Source: Nitrospirales bacterium
Lineage (GTDB): Bacteria > Nitrospirota > Nitrospiria > Nitrospirales > UBA8639
DNA length: 64,000 nucleotides
Direction of reading: 5' to 3'
Assembly: GCA_963422365.1 (NCBI GenBank)
Contig: OY729426.1
Span: 480,001-544,000, forward strand
The notes beneath the pieces are model-generated. The model was not told where the DNA came from. It searched no databases and was given only the letters and a program-made list of their open reading frames with translations. Positions 10,393 to 20,895 of this stretch are shown here, piece after piece. Every line of letters starts with the position of its first letter. Positions within the stretch are counted from its first letter, which is position 1. Position numbers and translations under genes: made by a program.

Positions 10393-11940
10393 TTAACAGA
10401 GCCCGATGTTGTGTCCCGTGTCCGCCCGACGCTCCAATTGTGAAGCCAGTTTGTTCAGCGCGTTTAAATACGCTTGGGCCGACGCCACGATAATGTCGGT
10501 ATCGGCGCCATTACCGGTGACGGTTTCACCGCCTTGTTCCAACCGCACCGACACCTCTCCTTGTGCATCCGTCCCGCCGGTAATCGCCTTGACCACATAG
10601 GACAACAAGTGACTTTTGGTTTGCGTCATGTGGGCAATCGTTCGATACACGGCATCGACCGGCCCATCCCCCATCCCCGTCTCTTTTTTGATCTGTCCTT
10701 CGACGTGTAATTCCACGGTCGCGGTGGGCACCTGATTCATCCCACTTTGCGTGTTCATGGCTTTCAAGGAGTACCGTTCAGGAACTTTGGTGGCGGCCTC
10801 CGACACGATGGACTCTAAATCCTCCTCAAACAATTCTTTTTTCTGATCCGCGAGCCGTTTGAATCGATTAAACGCGGCATTCATTTCTTCGTCCGTGAGA
10901 GAATATCCCAACTTCGCTAATTCTGCCCGAAAGGCATGGCGACCGGACAGCTTCCCCATGACCAGGCGGCTTTGCGTTAACCCGATGGAATCCGGCCGCA
11001 TAATTTCATACGTGTTTTTATCCTTGAGCAACCCGTCTTGATGGATCCCTGAGGTATGAGCAAATGCATTCGCCCCGACGATGGCTTTATTGGGTTGGAC
11101 GACCATCCCCGTGATCTTGCTGACCAGACGACTGGCCTTCGAGATTTCTTCGGTACGAACGTGGGTTTCGGCATCATAAAAATCTTTCCGGGTCCGCAAC
11201 CCCATTACAATTTCTTCCAATGACGCATTGCCGGCTCGTTCGCCGATTCCGTTGACGGTGCATTCCACTTGTCCGGCCCCCGCATGGATGGCAGCCATTG
11301 AATTGGCAACCGCCAACCCTAAATCATTGTGGCAATGGACGGAGATGATCGCTCGATCGCAATCACGAACTCGCGTCCGGAGTGTACGAATAATTTCTTC
11401 AAATTCCTTAGGGGTCGTGTACCCCACCGTATCGGGAATATTCACCGTACCCGCGCCGGCATCAACGACCGCTTCTGCCACCTCACACAGATAGGAAACA
11501 TCCGACCGCGTCGCGTCCATCGGGGAAAACTCGACGTCATCGACGTAGCTTCGCGCATGTTGCACCATCTCGACCGCACGCGTGAGGGCTTGCTCCCTCG
11601 TCATGCGAAACTGATGTTTCAGATGAATATCCGATGTGGATAAAAAAGTGTGAATGCGCGGCTTGGGTGCCCCTTTCAACGCCTTCCACGCTGAATCAAT
11701 ATCGTCGGGTTTGGCGCGTGCCAAACTACAGACAGTCGGGCCTTGAACCTCCTGGCCAATGCGTTGCACCGCCTCAAAGTCGCCGGGGGAACTCATGGCA
11801 AATCCGGCTTCGATAATATCCACGTTCAATCGAGCCAGTTGTTTCGCGACCAACACTTTTTCTTCCACATTCATGCTGGCCCCCGGAGACTGCTCTCCGT
11901 CTCGCAGGGTCGTATCGAAAATTCTAATGTGTCGTCTCAT
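10393..11940 (-). CDS. leuA: 2-isopropylmalate synthase
   Basis: FDTTLRDGEQSPG, HCHNDLG, GIGERAGN, C-terminal regulatory domain. Confidence 0.98.
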   Translation of the reverse strand: MRRHIRIFDTTLRDGEQSPGASMNVEEKVLVAKQLARLNVDIIEAGFAMSSPGDFEAVQRIGQEVQGPTVCSLARAKPDDIDSAWKALKGAPKPRIHTFLSTSDIHLKHQFRMTREQALTRAVEMVQHARSYVDDVEFSPMDATRSDVSYLCEVAEAVVDAGAGTVNIPDTVGYTTPKEFEEIIRTLRTRVRDCDRAIISVHCHNDLGLAVANSMAAIHAGAGQVECTVNGIGERAGNASLEEIVMGLRTRKDFYDAETHVRTEEISKASRLVSKITGMVVQPNKAIVGANAFAHTSGIHQDGLLKDKNTYEIMRPDSIGLTQSRLVMGKLSGRHAFRAELAKLGYSLTDEEMNAAFNRFKRLADQKKELFEEDLESIVSEAATKVPERYSLKAMNTQSGMNQVPTATVELHVEGQIKKETGMGDGPVDAVYRTIAHMTQTKSHLLSYVVKAITGGTDAQGEVSVRLEQGGETVTGNGADTDIIVASAQAYLNALNKLASQLERRADTGHNIGLC

Positions 11941-12049
11941 TGCCCATGCTCCTCACAAGAGGATTCACTGCTGTCCGACAAAACACGCCAGGATCGATGC
12001 TCATGAAGCCTTGCTTCTAGCCTTCTTCAATCAAACCGGCTCCAACAAT

Positions 12050-12083
12050 AAAAAAGCCTTCACCCCGATGAGGTGAAGGCTTT
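12050..12083 (-). terminator. Intrinsic terminator in the leuA leader (attenuator terminator)
   Basis: mRNA AAAGCCUUCACCUC-AUC-GGGGUGAAGGCUUUUUU: long stem plus U-tract, ~110 nt before leuA. Confidence 0.85.
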
Positions 12084-12101
12084 CTACCTGTTTCGGGGTC
12101 A

Positions 12102-12197
12102 TCAGGGGGTCGCTGATGGTTCCAGAAGACCTGACAGTGTTAGCACCTCGTCACCTAAGAGAAGGGTGCCCCTTCCTTTTCCTTGGCATTGATCCAT
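12102..12197 (-). CDS. Putative leu leader peptide (31 aa, 7 Leu)
   Basis: MDQCQGKGRGTLLLGDEVLTLSGLLEPSATP*; GAGGA 8 nt upstream; stop 18 nt before the terminator. Confidence 0.65.
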   Translation of the reverse strand: MDQCQGKGRGTLLLGDEVLTLSGLLEPSATP

Positions 12198-12201
12198 TCG
12201 A

Positions 12202-13023
12202 TCAGTCCTCTGAATCCGACACCACGGACGTCGGAGCCTGCGTTTCTCGTGGTGCTCCAACGGTGACGACACTCCAGCCTTTTTCCAACAAACCGGAACT
12301 CACGTATCCCACACAAATCAAAAACAACATCAGTTGAGGATAGGCCATGATGGACACCAGAATCAAGACAGCCCAGACTAAATACATAAAATGATGCTGG
12401 CCTTCGAACTTCAATTGTTTCACGCTGCGGTACTTCACCGTACTTACCATGAGAAACGCCATCAACAAACTCAACGCAATCACCACCGAGGGCAGGACGT
12501 CTTCCGACAGGTGGCCGATGTGCTCGTTGAAAATATAAAACGTCGAGAGAAAACCCGCCGCCGCCGGAATGGGCAACCCGGTAAAAAATCGATTATCCCC
12601 GCTGCTCGCCACGATGACGTTAAACCGGGCTAAGCGAAGTGCACCACAGGCCACATACGCGAACATAATCGCCGCCCCTAACATCCCGGGGGACTTCAGC
12701 ACCCATGCATAAATCAAAAAGCCCGGGGCAAGTCCGAATGAAATGAGATCCGACAACGAATCGTATTCCACTCCAAACTCGCTTGTGCTATCCATCAAAC
12801 GGGCGGACGTGCCATCCAAGACGTCAAACACCATCGCAATCAAGATCGCAATCGCCGCTGCTTCCAGGCGACCATGAAACACCAACACCACCGAGGCCAA
12901 TCCGCTAAACAAATTGCCGGTGGTGAGGATATTGGGGATCAGATGAATTCCCCGGCGGCGTTTCCCCTCTTTATTTTTAAAAATCTGCCCCTTCATGCGA
13001 TTTTGAAATATGTGGCCTTTCAT
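12202..13023 (-). CDS. pssA: CDP-diacylglycerol--serine O-phosphatidyltransferase
   Basis: PNILT, DVLDG..AR, FGVEYDSLSDLISFGLAP, RLARFN, FTGLPIP. Confidence 0.95.
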   Translation of the reverse strand: MKGHIFQNRMKGQIFKNKEGKRRRGIHLIPNILTTGNLFSGLASVVLVFHGRLEAAAIAILIAMVFDVLDGTSARLMDSTSEFGVEYDSLSDLISFGLAPGFLIYAWVLKSPGMLGAAIMFAYVACGALRLARFNVIVASSGDNRFFTGLPIPAAAGFLSTFYIFNEHIGHLSEDVLPSVVIALSLLMAFLMVSTVKYRSVKQLKFEGQHHFMYLVWAVLILVSIMAYPQLMLFLICVGYVSSGLLEKGWSVVTVGAPRETQAPTSVVSDSED

Positions 13024-13670
13024 GTGAACTCCGCAAGTATGGATTCCCCCCCTTTGACTCGATCCCCGACTCGGACGCGGACTCGGCTCTCCACGGGAAC
13101 AAAGGTATCCATCCGAGAGCCGAATCGAATGAGGCCGAATCGTTCACCGGGGACGGCCGTATCACCGGGCTGCACCCAACAGGCAATGCGCCGCGCAAGG
13201 AGCCCGGCGACCTGCACGCAGAGCACTTTTTTCTTCGACGGGGTTTCAATCATCAGCGCATTCTGTTCATTGTGTACCGTCGCTTCAGAATCTCTCGCGT
13301 CGAGGAACCGGCCTGGCTGGTAGGCCATATCCACGATGGTGCCCACACAGGGTATTCGATTGATATGCACGTCAAAAACGTTGAGAAAGATACTGATCCG
13401 GACACTCTGCTCTTTCAAATATCTTGGTTCAAATTCCTTTTGAATCGAGAGCACCTCCCCGTCGCCAGAAGCCAGAATCAGGTCATCACCCCGCGGGATC
13501 GTACGAGAAGGATTTCGAAAAAACCAGCTGGTAAAACACGCGAAGGCGCCAAAGGCCACGGCGGTTTTTCGCCAACCCAACAACCTGGCTAACACAGCCG
13601 GGGCCGCCGCTCCCACGATGAAAGGCAACCCTTCCCGAGCGATGGGGAGACCTTTTGCACGATCAGCCAT
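13020..13670 (-). CDS. psd: Phosphatidylserine decarboxylase proenzyme
   Basis: FFRNP, SIFLNVFDVHINR, FGLIRFGSR self-cleavage motif. Confidence 0.95.
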   Translation of the reverse strand: MADRAKGLPIAREGLPFIVGAAAPAVLARLLGWRKTAVAFGAFACFTSWFFRNPSRTIPRGDDLILASGDGEVLSIQKEFEPRYLKEQSVRISIFLNVFDVHINRIPCVGTIVDMAYQPGRFLDARDSEATVHNEQNALMIETPSKKKVLCVQVAGLLARRIACWVQPGDTAVPGERFGLIRFGSRMDTFVPVESRVRVRVGDRVKGGESILAEFT

Positions 13671-13699
13671 GCTGACTCATTTCGCGAGTGTCCTCCGGC

Positions 13700-14728
<1,029 letters not shown>

Positions 14729-15796
14729 CTACTTCTTTTGTGCAGGCATCAAAGGTTCTTTTCGTGCGAGCTTGTCTTGCACTTCCTGCATAGCAGCTTC
14801 AATTTTCACAAACCTTTCTGCCGACCCCGGATGGGTACTCGAATAAATGGCTGCCTCATTCGTCTGGCCATGACTCTCCTGCGCCATCTTACGCCACATA
14901 TTCGCAGCATCTGTTACATCAGAGCCAGCACGAGCGGCGAAATAAACACCAAGATAGTCGGCTTCCAATTCAAACTCCTTAGAGTAAGCCTGCTGACCTG
15001 CCTGCATGCCAGCTCGCATTCCGGCTGTTTGTGTGTTAACACCAGCGGCAGCGGCGACAACATCAAGCAACAATCCGGCAAAGCCGCCTATTATTTGATT
15101 TGTCCTACTCCGAGTAAGATGGCCAAGGGTATTGTGCGCCATCTCATGTCCGATAACTAACGCTAATTCATCATCTTCAAGAAAACGCATCATCCCCGTC
15201 GTCACAAAAATTTGACTGCCGTCTGCGAATGCATTGATCTCGGAATTTTCCATAATGTTGATCGGCATGTCACAAACTTGAACAGCAGCGACTTCAACAA
15301 CCGAACGAACCCCCTCTGGATCAATCAACTCAAATCTCGAACGAGATTTACTGCCTAACGCTTCATTGACATCTTCTAAATGTTCAAAGTCTTTTTTATT
15401 AATTTTTAAAATCTTCGATCCTTCAGCGACTCCAGCCTTCTCCATAGGACTTCCGGGCGTTACGTCAATAATTGTCAATTGATCTCCATAGAAATTGAGG
15501 ACTGTTTGACGATAGTTTTCATTAAACATCTTAGGCGAAATAAAATGAAAACCATAACGAAAAACATTCTGCTCGCAAAACTCTCGATTCGCAGTAATAA
15601 GAGGAAACGATACCCGAGCAATTCTTTTAGATCGGTCAAGGGTTTTCTTTATGTAAAGAAGTTTTTGCTTTTTTTGTTCTTGTTCAACAAGTTTAGAGTC
15701 AATTTGAGGTACAGCAAGTTTCGTCCCACATGCCGACGCCATTAAAATTGACGAAGCAATAGCTATCCCAAAGACAAATGTTCCCATCGCCTTCAT
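14729..15796 (-). CDS. M48-family metallopeptidase lipoprotein with PDZ-like domain
   Basis: Lipobox-like MASAC; TPGSPMEKAGV (PDZ); INAFA, HEMAH (HExxH), ELEAD, STHP; visibly AT-rich. Confidence 0.88.
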   Translation of the reverse strand: MKAMGTFVFGIAIASSILMASACGTKLAVPQIDSKLVEQEQKKQKLLYIKKTLDRSKRIARVSFPLITANREFCEQNVFRYGFHFISPKMFNENYRQTVLNFYGDQLTIIDVTPGSPMEKAGVAEGSKILKINKKDFEHLEDVNEALGSKSRSRFELIDPEGVRSVVEVAAVQVCDMPINIMENSEINAFADGSQIFVTTGMMRFLEDDELALVIGHEMAHNTLGHLTRSRTNQIIGGFAGLLLDVVAAAAGVNTQTAGMRAGMQAGQQAYSKEFELEADYLGVYFAARAGSDVTDAANMWRKMAQESHGQTNEAAIYSSTHPGSAERFVKIEAAMQEVQDKLARKEPLMPAQKK

Positions 15797-15824
15797 CTTT
15801 TTTTCTTTTTACCTCGAAAAGCCA

Positions 15825-16346
15825 CTAGTTGGCTTTGGCAAGCGGACGCGACTGATTCACCACCGTGCGAACAGGTTCTCGTGCAATGGCAATCCGGCCA
15901 GTCCTGACGATTTCCTTAATGCCAAGAGGTTGGAGCAACTGGATCATGGCGTGAATTTTTTGCACGTCACCCGTGACTTCAATCGTATACGATGTTGGGG
16001 ATGAATCAACCACGTTCGCTCGAAATATATCCGCAATCCGCAGGGCCTCGGCTCGATCCGCCGATCGGGCGTGCACTTTAATCAAGGCGCTTTCACGGAT
16101 GACGGCGTCACTTTCATTGAGGTCAACCACCTTAATGACATCGATGACTTTATTCAGTTGTTTGAGGATTTGTTCAATGATGTGCCCATCCCCATTTGTG
16201 ACAATGGTCATCATCGACACAGTCGGGTCGAGCGTGGGCGCAACCGACAAACTTTCGATATTAAACCCTCGCCCGCTAAACAAACCTGCGACCCGGGATA
16301 AGGCCCCGGATTTATTTTCCAATGTCACGGCAATAATATGTTCCAC
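15825..16346 (-). CDS. ilvN: Acetolactate synthase small subunit
   Basis: LENKSGALSRVAGLFSGRGFNIESLSV; EIVRTG; start set at GTG (VEHIIAV). Confidence 0.96.
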   Translation of the reverse strand: MEHIIAVTLENKSGALSRVAGLFSGRGFNIESLSVAPTLDPTVSMMTIVTNGDGHIIEQILKQLNKVIDVIKVVDLNESDAVIRESALIKVHARSADRAEALRIADIFRANVVDSSPTSYTIEVTGDVQKIHAMIQLLQPLGIKEIVRTGRIAIAREPVRTVVNQSRPLAKAN

Positions 16347-16395
16347 AACGACCTTGCCTCGTGTACGCCGTTCCAAAAAGCTTCGCCTGCACGCC

Positions 16396-18174
16396 CTACG
16401 CAGTCAAAATGATGTCTCTGCTTTCCTCGTGTCCCGTTGCCTCCGTTGTTTGTCGCTTTTGCAACTCGGGAGGATCTTCCAAAATCATTTCATGGTTGCA
16501 TCCACCGGACGGAATCATAGGATAACAATTCTCAAATTGGTCAACCGGCACATCAACGAAGACCGGCTTATCAATCGCGATCGCCTCTTGAATGCCGTCA
16601 TCCACATCATTGACCGTTTGGATGCGAAGCCCGGCGGCACCATAGGCTTCCGCAAGTTTCACGAAATCCGGGGTTTGGTCCAAATAGCTGCACGCATAGC
16701 GCCCTTCATAGAACAGATCTTGCCACTGTCGCACCATCCCATGGAACCGGTTGTTGATGATAAACACTTTGACCGGCAGTTTTTCGATCACAGCCGTGGC
16801 CAATTCCTGAGTGTTCATTTGGACACTCCCGTCACCCGCAATACACAACACGAGTCGATGACGAAAGGCCGCCTGTGCTCCTAAGGCCGCGGGGAACCCA
16901 AAGCCCATCGTCCCCAACCCACCCGACGTGAGCCACGTATTCGGATTAGCGAGATGAAAGTATTGCGCCGCCCACATTTGATGTTGTCCCACATCAGTCG
17001 AAACAATCGGATCACGATTTTTGGTCAGCTGATACATCCGATCGATCAAATACTGCGGCTTGATCAATTTCTGGGCATCTTGGTTGTAGCTGAGGGGGTG
17101 GGCGGTCTTCCACTCATTCAGTTGATCCCACCACGGCTTGCGCCATTCCTTTTGGTCACCGTTCACCGTCGCGCGCAACAGACTGTTCAATTCCTGAAGC
17201 ACACATTTACAATCACCCACAATAGGAACATCCACGTGAATGTTCTTGCGAATCGATGTCGGATCAATATCGATATGGATAATTTTGGCATTCGGACAAA
17301 ACTCGGAGACTTTCCCAGTGACGCGATCATCAAACCGGGCGCCTACCGCAATAACCAGATCGGAATAATGGATGGCCATATTGGCTACATAGGTGCCATG
17401 CATGCCGAGCATCCCCAAGGATAATGGATGTTGACCGGGAAAGGCCCCCAAAGCCATTAAGGTTTGATTCACGGGGATCTGAGTCATCTCGGCTAATTCG
17501 CGAGCCTCTGCGGAAGCACCGGACAACTGAACTCCCCCGCCAAGGTACAGGATAGGCCGACGAGACTTCATGATGGCATCAGCGGCTTGTTTGATTTTCC
17601 ACTTGCTGCCTTCATAGGTCGGATTGTAGCCACGAATCGAGACGGAGTTCGGATATTTAAAATCAGCTTTGTTCATGGAAATATCTTTGGGAATGTCCAC
17701 TAACACGGGACCAGGTCTTCCGGTGGATGCGATGTAGAACGCTTCTTTAATGGTCTGCGCCATATCATTCACGTCCTTCACCAAAAAGTTATATTTCGTG
17801 CAGGGACGGCTGAGCCCGATATTGTCGGCTTCTTGAAAGGCATCGTTCCCAATGAGCGCCGTGGGGACCTGACCGGAAAAGCACACCATCGGCACGGAAT
17901 CCATGTAGGCATCGGCCAAGGCGGTGATCACGTTGGTCATGCCGGGACCCGACGTAATCAAGGCCACCCCGGGTTTCCCCGTGGCTTTCGCATAGCCTTC
18001 CGCCATATGGCCGGCAGCTTGCTCATGTCGAGTTAAAATGACTTCAATCTGCTTTTGTTGATGCAGGACATCGAAAATTTTCAGGACCACCCCGCCGGGA
18101 AGAGCAAAAATCGTTTTCACGCCTTCCCGATTCAAGGCTTCCACAAAAATTTCGGCTCCTGTAATCTGTGCCAT
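16396..18174 (-). CDS. ilvB: Acetolactate synthase large subunit
   Basis: [34 protein letters not shown] motif. Confidence 0.98.
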   Translation of the reverse strand: MAQITGAEIFVEALNREGVKTIFALPGGVVLKIFDVLHQQKQIEVILTRHEQAAGHMAEGYAKATGKPGVALITSGPGMTNVITALADAYMDSVPMVCFSGQVPTALIGNDAFQEADNIGLSRPCTKYNFLVKDVNDMAQTIKEAFYIASTGRPGPVLVDIPKDISMNKADFKYPNSVSIRGYNPTYEGSKWKIKQAADAIMKSRRPILYLGGGVQLSGASAEARELAEMTQIPVNQTLMALGAFPGQHPLSLGMLGMHGTYVANMAIHYSDLVIAVGARFDDRVTGKVSEFCPNAKIIHIDIDPTSIRKNIHVDVPIVGDCKCVLQELNSLLRATVNGDQKEWRKPWWDQLNEWKTAHPLSYNQDAQKLIKPQYLIDRMYQLTKNRDPIVSTDVGQHQMWAAQYFHLANPNTWLTSGGLGTMGFGFPAALGAQAAFRHRLVLCIAGDGSVQMNTQELATAVIEKLPVKVFIINNRFHGMVRQWQDLFYEGRYACSYLDQTPDFVKLAEAYGAAGLRIQTVNDVDDGIQEAIAIDKPVFVDVPVDQFENCYPMIPSGGCNHEMILEDPPELQKRQTTEATGHEESRDIILTA

Positions 18175-18292
18175 GATCTTCCTCACCTGTTTGAACCATG
18201 ATCGGTTCGGTTAAGAATCTCTCCTTAAGTGACTTGGCGGTTGCTACCGAAGAAACCTAATGGTTTCGATAGGTTGCGCCCTAAAACTTGCT

Positions 18293-18321
18293 ATGATAAA
18301 CCTGCGTTATCCACAAGTCAA
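18293..18321 (-). promoter_or_regulatory. Sigma-70-like promoter for the ilv-leu operon
   Basis: TTGACT-17 nt-TATCAT ~120 nt upstream of ilvB; spacer contains TTATCCACA. Confidence 0.55.
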
Positions 18322-18659
18322 CTGAGTGTTCTGGTTCAAGACAGATGAGGCAAATCAGGTCGCCTGTTCATACGCCATGGGAATGAGTCAATCATCATCC
18401 CCTCATGGGGCGACAGGTGTTGTCGCCAATCAGGTCCTTCATCGGTTGTTGGTTGCCTGTAGCGGCCACATCTTATGCGGCCGTTTGTTTGGGGCGACAT
18501 GAGGCATGTCCCTGCCCCGTACTCCGATACGGGGAATGGCGCAGCTACGATCAGATTTCCACATGCGACGACGATCCACCAAGACGTTTCAACACTGCGC
18601 AGTACACTGTTCCAATGCTCCTCTACGACCGTAACCCTGTCCCCCATGATGCTGCACCC

Positions 18660-19826
18660 ATGTTACGCGACTTTGACGACGAGGTAAAAAAATTAGACGC
18701 GCAACATCTCCGCCGGCAGCCGCGCATCGTGCAGTCGCCGGCAGATACCACGATCACCATCAAAGGCCGCCGATTCATTTCCATGGCCTCGAATAATTAT
18801 CTCGGGTTGGCCAATCATCCCGCCGTCAACCGGGCGGCCATCGAGGCCATCGAAAAATGGGGAGTCGGAGCCGGTGCCGCGCGTCTCATTTCCGGCACCA
18901 TGACGCCTCACCACCAACTGGAACAGGACCTCGCCAGATTCAAACAAGTCGAAGCCAGCCTGACCTTCGGAACGGGATATACCACGAACCTGGGGCTTCT
19001 CCCGTCACTCATCGACCGGGACGGCCTCATCCTTGCCGACCGCTACTGTCACGCCAGCCTCATAGAAGCCTGCCGGCTGGCCAAAGCCAGGCTTCGCGTG
19101 TTTCACCACAACGATGTCGAGCACCTGGAAAAATTGCTCAAGAAACGGGAACGGGCTTGGCGTACCCTGGTCGTCACCGAAGGGGTCTTCAGTATGGATG
19201 GCGATCTCGCACCACTCCCGAATTTACTGACGCTCTGCCGACAATATGAAGCCACACTGGTCATCGACGATGCCCACGGCACGGGGGTCATGGGAAAAAA
19301 CAGTCGCGGAACGGTCGAACACTTCGGTTTGAACCCACAAGATCTCATCCAGATGGGCACATTGAGCAAGGCAATCGGAACCAGCGGCGGTTACATCGCA
19401 GGAACGGCTTCCCTCAAAAAATATCTGATTAATACGTCAAAGGCATTCATCTACACGACAGCAGCCCCGCCAGCCATCGCCGCCGCCGCATCCGCGGCCA
19501 TTCGGATCATTCAACACGAACCCGCTCGCAGGGAACGCCTCCAGAACAACCGAGACGCTCTCCATGCAACCCTGACAGGCCTAGGCTTTAAACTCACCGA
19601 CTCGCAGAGCCCGATCCTGCCGATCATCGTGAAATCGCCGGAGACGGCGCTGGAGATGTCGCAAGCACTGTACAAAGCCGGCGTGTACGTTCCGGCCATC
19701 CGCCCGCCCACCGTCCCCAAACACGGCAGCCGGCTACGACTCACCGTGAGTTCGGAGCATACAAAAGATCAGATGGAAACAGTGGTGACCGCGTTTCGAG
19801 AGGTGGGAAAAGAAATGGGTATCTAG
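18660..19826 (+). CDS. bioF: 8-amino-7-oxononanoate synthase
   Basis: SNNYLGLA, HASLIEA, VFSMDGD, DDAHG, GTLSKA, IRPPTVP; start trimmed to MLRDFD. Confidence 0.93.
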   Translation: MLRDFDDEVKKLDAQHLRRQPRIVQSPADTTITIKGRRFISMASNNYLGLANHPAVNRAAIEAIEKWGVGAGAARLISGTMTPHHQLEQDLARFKQVEASLTFGTGYTTNLGLLPSLIDRDGLILADRYCHASLIEACRLAKARLRVFHHNDVEHLEKLLKKRERAWRTLVVTEGVFSMDGDLAPLPNLLTLCRQYEATLVIDDAHGTGVMGKNSRGTVEHFGLNPQDLIQMGTLSKAIGTSGGYIAGTASLKKYLINTSKAFIYTTAAPPAIAAAASAAIRIIQHEPARRERLQNNRDALHATLTGLGFKLTDSQSPILPIIVKSPETALEMSQALYKAGVYVPAIRPPTVPKHGSRLRLTVSSEHTKDQMETVVTAFREVGKEMGI

Positions 19827-19843
19827 GTAATGTTGGCATTTCC

Positions 19844-19929
19844 CGTCAATCCCACGAAAGCAGGAATCCAGATCAAGCGCAATACCCTTTTTCGAGGACA
19901 GCTGGATTCCGGCTTCCGCCGGAATGACG
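19844..19929. repeat. REP-like palindromic pair (GTCAT.CCCGC..GCGGGAATCCAG family)
   Basis: cgtcaatcccacgaaagcaggaatccag ... ctggattccggcttccgccggaatgacg in inverted orientation. Confidence 0.7.
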
Positions 19930-19939
19930 AAATGAAATT

Positions 19940-20890
19940 TTAACGAGGTTTCGTACTGGTATTCGACGAAATTCAGAAGATACCAAATTGGTCGGAGACC
20001 GTGAAAGGCTTATGGGACGCCGACCGACGCGACGGACGCCTTCTGCACGTGGTCGTGTTGGGATCGGCACCACTTCTCATACAACGAGGATTGAACGAAA
20101 GCATGGCCGGCCGCTTTGAAACGATCCGCTTGCCGCATTGGTCGTTTGGCGAGATGTCCGCGGCATTCGGTTTTGATCTCAACCGTTACATCTACTTCGG
20201 TGGGTATCCGGGTGCGGCATCCTTGGTCCGGGAACAGCGGCGCTGGCGCGAATACATTTTGGGTTCCCTTATCGAACCGAATATCGAGCGGGACATCCTT
20301 GCCATGGAGCGGGTGGACAAGCCGGCGCTCCTCAAAAGGCTTTTCGAGTTCGGGGCCGAGAGGTCCGGACAGATTCTGGCATACGACAAGATGCTCGATC
20401 AGCTTCAGGATGCCGGAAACACGACGACCTTGGCGCGCTATCTGGATCTGCTGTCGAAAGCGGGGCTGCTTACGGGCCTTGCCAAATACGCCGGAGGGGC
20501 GTACCGCCGAAGGGCCTCCAGTCCCAAACTCAACGTCCTCAATACCGCGCTGATGGCGGTCTATTCCGGCTACACGTTCGAAGAGGCGAAAGCGGATCGA
20601 AGTTTTTGGGGCGATTGGTCGAAAGCGCCGTCGGGGCACACCTGTTCAATACGGGCATACCGGAGGTCCGCCTTCATTACTGACGGGAACGGTCCCTTGA
20701 GGTGGATTTCGTCTTGGAGCATGGCCGGAAGCTCGTTGCGTTGGAAGTCAAAAGCGGATCGCGGAGAGCGACTACAGTCGGGCTGGAGGAGTTCGCAAGG
20801 CGCTTCTCACCACAGCATTCCTTACTTGTCGGCGACCGCGGCCTTCCGATTTCGGAATTTCTGTCGACCCCTGCCCTGGATTGGTTTTAA
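19940..20890 (+). pseudogene. AAA-family ATPase (AAA_14/DUF4143 type): 5'-truncated, frameshifted, premature stop
   Basis: Begins at Walker B (VLVFDEIQKIPNW), Walker A missing; GGYP; frameshift near 20610; in-frame TGA at 20681; C-terminal EVDFV...EVKSG. Confidence 0.8.
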
Positions 20891-20895
20891 AAATC

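Noticed and set aside
12115..12130. TGGAACC in the leuA leader as a T-box bulge
   Set aside because: No room or evidence for stem I or a specifier loop; the Leu-rich leader ORF explains the region better
12970..13023. Duplicated N-terminus of pssA (MKGHIFQNR/MKGQIFKNK)
   Set aside because: Short diverged duplication giving alternative starts; no evidence of function
12202..13670. psd-pssA inside the ilv-leu operon as a novelty
   Set aside because: I recall this arrangement from other bacteria such as Deltaproteobacteria; treated as ordinary synteny
15973..16884. 303-aa ORF and other long antisense ORFs (for example 20887-21852, 37041-37868)
   Set aside because: Shadows on the opposite strand of well-supported genes
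18405..18659. N-terminal extension of bioF with small hairpins (GGCGACA..TGTCGCC)
   Set aside because: Not BioF-like; probably intergenic with degenerate REP-like hairpins, too weak to call
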